Origin: the human T2T-CHM13v2.0 reference genome, Homo sapiens
Assembly: GCF_009914755.1 (NCBI RefSeq)
Contig: NC_060927.1
Reading direction: 5' to 3' (one strand)
Length of the DNA: 64,000 nt
Shown: piece after piece, positions 56,424 through 64,000 of the stretch
Position numbering within the stretch: position 1 is the stretch's first letter
Layout: each line of letters begins with the position of its first letter
The notes under the pieces: generated by a model
The model's input: the letters and a program-made list of their open reading frames with translations, nothing else
Told to the model about the DNA's origin: nothing
The model's database searches: none
Position numbers and translations under genes: made by a program

Positions 56424-57317
56424 GGTGTGGGGTAGACAAATGCTTATAGAAGACTTTGTGGTTTAGGTTCATGGGGTAGAACTGGAAGAGTGAGAACTAG
56501 ATAGTAAGTTGCAAAAAAGGAAAAAGTTTCAGCTACTAACTGGTGGTGTCTCTTCTGATTGACCTTAGTTCATAGATTAAATAATTTAACATTGGACTCC
56601 AGGATTCTTTTTGCCTTAAACTCCTAGGCTGGCTGACTAACTTCCTTCCATGGTTATGAAGTAGTAGAGGGAATGGCAAATTATATCTGGAGAACATGGA
56701 TAATGAAATGAATAGATCTCTGAGAACTTGAAAAAATTATGTAGTAAGTTTGTTCCTGATGAGTTAAAGTGTAAAACCAACTCATAGTGGATTAAGTAGG
56801 GGCTTGCATGTAAATATCCACAAAGGGTGGCTATAAGACAACAGAGAGTGATGGGCAGTAGAGGTGATGGTGGGCACCCAAGGAAACATAGCATGTTTAA
56901 AGGAAAATCTGTATTGAATTTCAGCCTGTTATTGCCAAGTTATGTTCAGTCTGTTATTGTTCCTTGTAGCTCAAATCCTTCCAGGTTTTTTAGAAGTAGC
57001 TGGAAATCTGGATTTTTGACTGTAATATTTTTCAATTAAAGAAAAACAACTATGTAGACTATGTCTGAGTTGAATTCATTTTAATCCTTAAGTGGACTTT
57101 TTAAAAACCTCTTTTCTAAAGATTAATATAAGAAGTGACCATTCAAATTACTGTTTTAGGGAGGGAGTCATAGCAATGTGAGGCCATCTCTAGTAAGGAG
57201 ATGGAATTAGAGTAAGAGTTGCCAGTGGATACTGAGGATTATGATACAGAAGGAGCTCTAAATTTTCTATATTGGAGGGTCTTGGGGGTTAAAAACAGGC
57301 TTGTCTTTGAGGACTTA

Positions 57318-57686
57318 TGCTATGGCTTGAATGTGTCCCCAAATATCATGTATTGGAAACTTAATACCCAAATTTATATGTTGATGGCATTTGGAAGTGA
57401 GTCCTTTGGGAGATAATTAGGATTAGATAAGGTCATCAGGGTAGGCCTCCCATGATGGGACTGGTAGCTTTATAAGAAGAGGAAGACAGACCTACACACT
57501 ACTTGCCTTCTCACCATGAGATGCCCTCTGCTCTGTTATGACATGGCAAGAAGGCCCTCACCAGATGCTGGTGCTATGCTCTTTGACTTCCCAGCCTCCA
57601 GAACCATTATCTAAATAAATCTTTATTGTTTATAAATTACCCAGTCTGTGGTAATTGGTTATAGTGACAGAAAACAGACTAAGACA
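57318..57686 (+). mobile_element. MSTC/MSTD-type MaLR solo LTR
   Basis: tgctatggcttgaatgtgtcccc...aaaacagactaagaca with perfect 5-bp TSD actta. Confidence 0.9.
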
Positions 57687-58454
57687 ACTTATTTGTAATT
57701 ATGTTTGCGTAGCAAACTCACTGTTTTTACTTAGAGTATATGACGTAGTCATAAGAAATAGCCAACCTTTCTAGTACATTTTTTCCCACACCTTAGATAA
57801 GATTGAAAAACCAGCAATTTCCCATCTCTAGGAGTGGGTGGGGAACTCTTAGAGCTGCTGGATTGTAAGGGGAAGTAAAAAAAAAGTTCTCACACCCCAG
57901 ACCAGTCTTTTACCCACCACTCTTATGGTTTATTTTTAAAACAAGGTCATCATTATTATGGATACATCAGGCTTTCTTAGCCTGATATCATTAAACATGC
58001 AATTCATTTTGTGATTTCCCCTGAGTGTGTGCTAACCTTCTGAATATGATTTGGCTTCCCAACTGGATTGGTCAGAGGGAGGGAATGGGTAGGTCCTGCA
58101 GTTTAGAATATAGGTGTTTCTATGACTATTTATTGTTAATTATAACTTAATAAATTGACATTCTAGCATTAAACAGCAGTCTTGTGACTGTGGTCAGTGA
58201 ACCTGCCAGTGAAATTTCGAATCTCTTTGGTCAGCTGACACACTCAGTTTTGAACTTGGGCAGCTCAGAACCAGATCCTAGACTATAGCAAACTGGTCAA
58301 AGTAATGAATGAAATTTTGGGAGCCCCGTTGGAAAGCCTTTCCCTAGGTGACATAAAAAATATATCTCGAATGTATGCATTTTTCCTATTTGAATTTCTT
58401 TAGTGATAGAGTTGAGACATACGGTTTATAAAAGTCATGGAGTAGGGAGGGATA

Positions 58455-58663
58455 GCCCCATGGAAGTGTTAATAGGATTTCAGATAATTTTGGGAAATGC
58501 TGGTTTAAGTGAAGGTAACTGATTTCTTTATGAGGACTTTTCCAGAACATTTATTCTTCTAATGAGTGATCCAGTAGGAACAAATGGTAAGTGGTGTTTC
58601 TCAACCTCATTTGCTAATGGTACTTTTAAAATGTTTCCTTGGCAGCACTTTTGGAAAGCATCG
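58455..58663 (+). mobile_element. MER103-like hAT-Charlie remnant (a second, opposite-strand copy at about 33830-34070)
   Basis: gtgttaatagg...tttgggaaatgctggtttaa...tttctttatgaggacttttccagaacattt...cacttttggaaagcatc. Confidence 0.45.
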
Positions 58664-58841
58664 TGAAATATTTACCAAGTGCAGCCTTAAGAATACAATG
58701 AAATTGAGATATTTCTGGAATTTTCCTGGTGTCTAGTCAGTTTTGGGAAATTTGTGCTGAACCCCAGTTTGCATTGGGTTTCATAAGACCTACCAGAGAG
58801 TTCTGGAATCCACAGGAATGACCATTTGCTCACTAGGTATC

Positions 58842-59512
58842 TGTATTAGTGAGAGTTCTTCAGAGAAACAGAACCAATAGGATGTAGATACAGATGTACA
58901 TATAGATATACGAGCTGAAATTTATTAGCGGGATTGGCTCACACAATTATGAAGGCCGAGAAGTCCTACAGTGGACGGCATGCAAGCTGAAGAACCCAGG
59001 AAGCCAGTGGCTTGGCTTAGTTCAAGTCCAAAGGCCTGAGAACCAAGGCCTGGTGTAACTCTCAATCTATGGTCAAAGACCTGACAACCTGGGGATGCTG
59101 CTGGCACAAGTCTCCAAAGGCTGGAGAACCTGGAGTTCTTATGTCCATGGGTAGAAGAAGATGGTATTCTATCTCCAGGGGAGAGAGAGAGAGAGAGAGA
59201 GAAGGAGAGAGAGAAAGAAGGAGAGAGAGAGAGAAAGAGAGAGAGAGAGGAGAGAGAGAGAGAAAGAGAGAGAAGGAGAGAGAGAGAGAAAGAGAAAGAA
59301 CATATTTGCCTTTCTTTCTATCTGGGCTGTCAGCTGATTGGATGGTGCCCACCCACTTTGGGTGACGGAGGATCTTCCTTATTGAGTCGACTGATTCAAA
59401 TGTCAAATCTCTTCTGGAAACACTTTCACAGACATGTGCAGAAATAATACTTTGCCAGCTCTCTGGGTATCCCTTAATCTAGTCAAGTTGACACCTAAAA
59501 GTAATCATTACA
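58842..59512 (-). mobile_element. MLT2B-type ERVL solo LTR with internal (GA)n expansion (about 59180-59299)
   Basis: tgtattagtgagagttcttcagagaaacagaaccaatagga ... cccttaatctagtcaagttgacacctaaaagtaatcattaca. Confidence 0.88.
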
Positions 59513-60429
59513 ATACATGAACCTGGAATTGTCCCAGTGTGGACCCAAGGCAGAAATGGAATTTAGTAATCTGGGGTTGGGAATTTGGATGTACATATTG
59601 TGAGTCATCTTGGAATTGCCAGAGTCCAAGACTTTTTTTTTTTATCTATATATATTTTCTCCTGATAGCTTACTTCTTAAAAGGGAACTTCCCAGGTTGA
59701 ATATGCAATGCTTATTAAGACCCATTCCAGAACCCGGCTGTGTTCTCACAGATAGGACTCAATGAGCACAATGGTTAAATCTTTATCTTTACAGGGATTT
59801 TTTTTTTTTTCAGAGGATTGGAGATTAGATTATAGAGTAATATGGTTTTATAGACATTCATGTTACTTTCTTTGTTTCTAGAATAAGGAAAAGGAATGCA
59901 GAGCTACATTTCTTAATATGAAATGGTGATTGCCAGTACAGCCCAACTGTATATTTTCAGTTTGTAATGACAACATTAGGAGGAAAATTGATTAGTACTT
60001 TTAAAACAGTAGGAAAATTATTTCTGCCCAAACATTGATTAGCCTTTGAATGGACTTTCTTATAATTCTTTTCTTCCACAGACTGCAGGGTGCAGCACAG
60101 TCATATTTTAGGCAGAGTCAAGCAGAGAAACCTACTTGCCGCTATTAAACTTATTACTGCCTTTTCCAGTGGGTGCAAATAACTTTGTCTCCAGTAGTTA
60201 CACTCTCCTGGCTTGATAACACATAAGGACTTCTTTGTTTATTTTGATTAAAGAGACTAAAGATACTTTTGTCTTATGTGAAATGTGAATACAGTGAAAT
60301 ATTGAAATTTTTTGATGACATATATTCCTCCTTTTGGCTTATAAATGTCAACTTGTTTAGCTTCCTTGCATGAGTGCTTTAAAATTTATTAGCTGAAGCT
60401 CAGGTAATATTAATTTGTTCCTGGTTAAA

Positions 60430-60935
60430 TGTTATATAAAATATAGGAATAAAGAAAACTGAGGTCCTTACCCTCAGGTAACTTATATATTTGAGGAGTT
60501 AAGACATAGAAATAAGATAAATAGGAGAGTTTATGATGAGCCCCAGATGAGTGGGTTGGAATATTACATAACCAATACAGGGTTTCAGAAGGAGAGAGAT
60601 TTTGTGTGCGTGCATCCTGAAATAGTTGGGGAGGACTCATGCAGGAGCTGGAACTTGGAGATAGGAAGAATTCATGCAGGTGGAAGAGGGTAGGAGGGAT
60701 GCTGGTGCCATTAGCAGAGAGGGCTAGACCAGAACATGCCTGCTTTTTCAACAGTGAGTAGATCTGTTTGGCTCTAATAGAGGACTCATGATGGGGGGTA
60801 ATGAATAATGGGAAATAAAACTAGAGAGGTAGGTTGAATTCAAATTGGGAGGGGCTTTGAATGCCAGGCAAGGGAATTTGGACTTTATTCTGTAGAAAAT
60901 GGATGAACAGTGAAGGTTCTTAGCCAGGAATAAGA
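60430..60935 (-). mobile_element. L2 region
   Basis: ggtccttaccctcaggtaacttata...ggggctttgaatgccaggcaagggaatttggactttattctgtag. Confidence 0.65.
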
Positions 60936-61758
60936 AGAAAATTGAAGAAATTGCTTTGTAGTTTAGTTAGAGCAGAAGCAGCGTACAGCTCTGAACCTAA
61001 GTGCCTTAGATGGAAGATAAGGGCAAAAAGAACTGTATGCAAGCTCTGTCTTCACTTCTGATGAGATGCAGGAAGAAGTTAGCTGCTTAATTCTCTTTAT
61101 TTTTCCTTCTCTCATTTAAGGCTTGTATTAAATCTCTTTTTCAGTCTTAAAATGCATTAATTCAAATTTGACCTTCCTTACTGTCTGATAGTTGAATATC
61201 CAAAGCTATTTTCAGTTGTTCCAGATTGTCACAGATTTTGATGTCTAGGTGCCAACTGGAAGGGCCAAACCTGGCCTGCGGAGGATTGTTTTTAAAATCT
61301 GATTCTAAATTAAGCACTTTGAGACAGAAGAAATGAGATGTGGCCTAGTTCTAACTCACCATTTAGCTAAATGTATATGTATTTTTTTCTCTGCCTAAAT
61401 ATTTGTCTTATTCTTTTAGACCCAAAAATCTCAGAGCCAAGAATATTTAGATTCCCTTTCACTCTTTCACTTTTTCCAATAGTTTTTGGCTTTTACTATT
61501 CTTAATAAGTTACACTTATAAAGGAATGTCTCCAAATCTAATTCTTTTTTTTAAAAAAAATTGTTTTAAATTCCTGGCCCTCCTCCTATCCTGTATCTCA
61601 CAAATTATTAAAATGGAATTGAATTTATTTCTTGAAGGAGAAGCTACTGATAGGATTTAGACTTTTAAATATCTAAAATTAAGTTCTAAACAATAGTGTT
61701 CCTATTAGCAATAGAAATTGTGGTTATAGAGAAACATAGTATAGTGTAAGCTTTAGAG

Positions 61759-61882
61759 CACGCCTGTCCAACCCGCGGTCCATGTGCCATATGCAGCCCA
61801 GGACGGCTTTGAATGAGGCCCAACAAAAATTCGTAAACTTTCTTAAAACATTATGATTTTTTTTTTGTGTGTGTATGGCAAT

Positions 61883-61943
<61 letters not shown>

Positions 61944-62543
61944 TTTTTTAATTGTACTTTAAGTTCTAGGGTACATGTGCACAACGTGCAGGTTTGTTAC
62001 ATATGTATACATGTGCCATGTTGGTGTGCTGCACCCATTAACTCGTCATTTACATTAGGTATATCTCCTAATGCTATGCCTCCCCTCTCCCCCCACACCA
62101 CAACAGGCCCCGGTGTGTGATGTTCCCCTTCCTGTGTCCAAGTGTTCTCATTGTTCAGTTCCCCTAGTTCAACCATTGTGGAAGACAGTGTGGCGATTCC
62201 TCAGGGATCTAGAACTAGAAATACCATTTGACCCAGTCATCCCATTACTGGGTATATACCCAAAGGATTATAAATCATGCTGCTATAAAGACACATGCAC
62301 ACGTATGTTTATTGCGGCACTATTCACAATAGCAAAGACTTGGAACTAACCCAAATGTCCAACAATGATAGACTGGATTAAGAAAATGTGGTACATATAC
62401 ACCATGGAATACTATGCAGCCATAAAAAGTATTTGGCAATTCTTAAGAAAAGCTCATCAGCTATTGTTAATGTAGTTTATGTGTAACTCAAGCCAATTAT
62501 TCTTCCATGTGGCCCAGAGAAGCCAAAAGACTGGATACCCCTG
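61759..62543 (-). mobile_element. MER30 split by an L1 insertion
   Basis: Reverse complement of the MER30 at 13309; TSD ctttagag / cttttgag. Confidence 0.9.
61887..62433 (-). mobile_element. L1PA4-like insertion with 5' inversion (twin priming); tail converted to (TA)n
   Basis: Antisense 3' UTR 61887-62163 joined to sense ORF2-end segment 62164-62429; TSD tggcaattctt (61876-61886 / 62434-62444). Confidence 0.92.
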
Positions 62544-62964
62544 CTTTTGAGCCAGAAAAACCTGTTTTAAAATTCTCCCTCTGCCACTCACCACTTAGGT
62601 GATCTGAATGTATTACTGTGACTACACATCCTTATTTGGAATTCCATGGGTAGAACTTAAAGCAAGTTCTTTTCTCTTTACATAAGTGGACTCTGGTCTA
62701 ATACTTACAGTGATAGAGTATGGGTAAATACACAAATAGACTTTTAAGGGTATCCTTTAGCCTTCAGACTTTCTGAGACCCGCTGAGATACAGAAGAGAA
62801 GAAGTGGAGAGATTCCATGGGCAAAAAGGGACTTGAGAGTTATGGCTCCTCAAGATCTAGGTTCTTATTCTCACTGAGCCTCGGCTTCTTCATCTCTAAA
62901 ATGGAGAATATTTAACTTGTAGAGATATTATGAAGGTAAAAATAGATAATTTAGCACAATGCTA

Positions 62965-64000
62965 TATATATATGTTTTAAATACTTGTCTTTTGCCAGAT
63001 ACCGGTTTGCAAATCTTTTCTTGCCATCTATGGATTATGTTTCCATCCTCTTCACATGTCTTCTGCAGAGGAAAAGTTTTTAATCTTAATGATTTACAAC
63101 TTGTTAGTTTTTCCTTTTCCTGGATTATGCTTTCAATGTCATGTCTGAGAACTGTTTGTCTAGCCCTAGGTTATGAAAATTTTTTCTATGTTTTTTAAAG
63201 AGCCTTATTGAAATATAATTAACATACTGTACAATTCACCCATATAAAGTGTACAATTCAATAGTTTTTAGTTAGGTTCACAGAGTTGTGCAACTGTCAT
63301 TCTGATAAGTTTTAGAACATTTTCATCACCCCAAGCAGAAGCTTTGTACCCATTAGCAATTATGCTCTATTTCTCCCCATCTTCCTTGTCCCCCCAACCT
63401 AGGCAAACACTAATCTACTTTCTGTCTCTGTAGATTTGCCTATTCTGGACATTTTATATAAATAGAATCTGTGGTCTTTTGTCACTGGCTTCTTTCACTT
63501 GAACAGTGTTTTCAAAGTTCATCCATGTTGTAGCATGTATCAGTATTTCATTCCTTTTCATTGCAGAATAATATTCCATTGTATTAATATGAATATATAA
63601 GATTTTGTTTATCTATTCATTAGTTTATGGACATTTGATTGTTCCCACTTTTTGGCTACTATGAATAATGCTGCTATGAACATTTGTGTACAATATGTGT
63701 ATGGACATATGTTTCTTATATATCCAATATGTACATAAAAAGAATATGGTACATATATTGGTGTATGGTTGGTAGAAATGCCTATTCAGAGTCTTTGTCC
63801 ATTTTTTGTTTTAATCTTTTTATCATTGAATTGTAAGAGTTTTAAAAGATATTCTGGATATAAGTCGTTTATTAGATATATGATTTGCAAATGTTTTTTC
63901 CATTCTTTGGGTTGTGTTTTCATCTTCTTGATGATATCATTTGTAGCACAAAGTTTTAGATTCCATTGAAGCTCAATTTCTCTATTTATTTATTATTATT
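62965..64000 (-). mobile_element. Old L1M fragments, including an L1MB 3' end from about 63190
   Basis: ttattgaaatataattaacatactgtacaattcacccatataaagtgtacaattc...aatctactttctgtctctgtagatttgcctattctggacatt. Confidence 0.8.

Overview
AT-rich simian primate DNA, probably human or ape: it carries AluS/AluY and an L1PA4-like insertion. I find no credible protein-coding exon, structural RNA gene or CpG island. The listed ORFs are chance ORFs, microsatellite translations or decayed transposon frames (L1 ORF2, Tigger1 transposase, Alu). Much of the window is recognisable transposon fossil: nine Alus plus a FLAM, many L1s, L2/MIR, MaLR/ERV solo LTRs, and hAT/TcMar DNA elements including a full-length Tigger1. 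Several are nested with readable target-site duplications (TSDs). Mostly antisense L1s and a T/G-rich + strand suggest a long intron of a + strand gene that I cannot name. The most interesting observations are: UG-repeat-containing candidate cryptic exons (45.9 kb, 26.7 kb); a 51-bp templated copy 7.7 kb from its source; a twin-primed L1 inside a MER30; a 3'-truncated L1 micro-insertion and a half-Alu that both keep intact TSDs; a series of near-perfect fold-back palindromes; and a TGGCA motif cluster. None of this amounts to a demonstrated new biological system. Repeat subfamily names come from remembered consensus sequences, and old-repeat boundaries are approximate.
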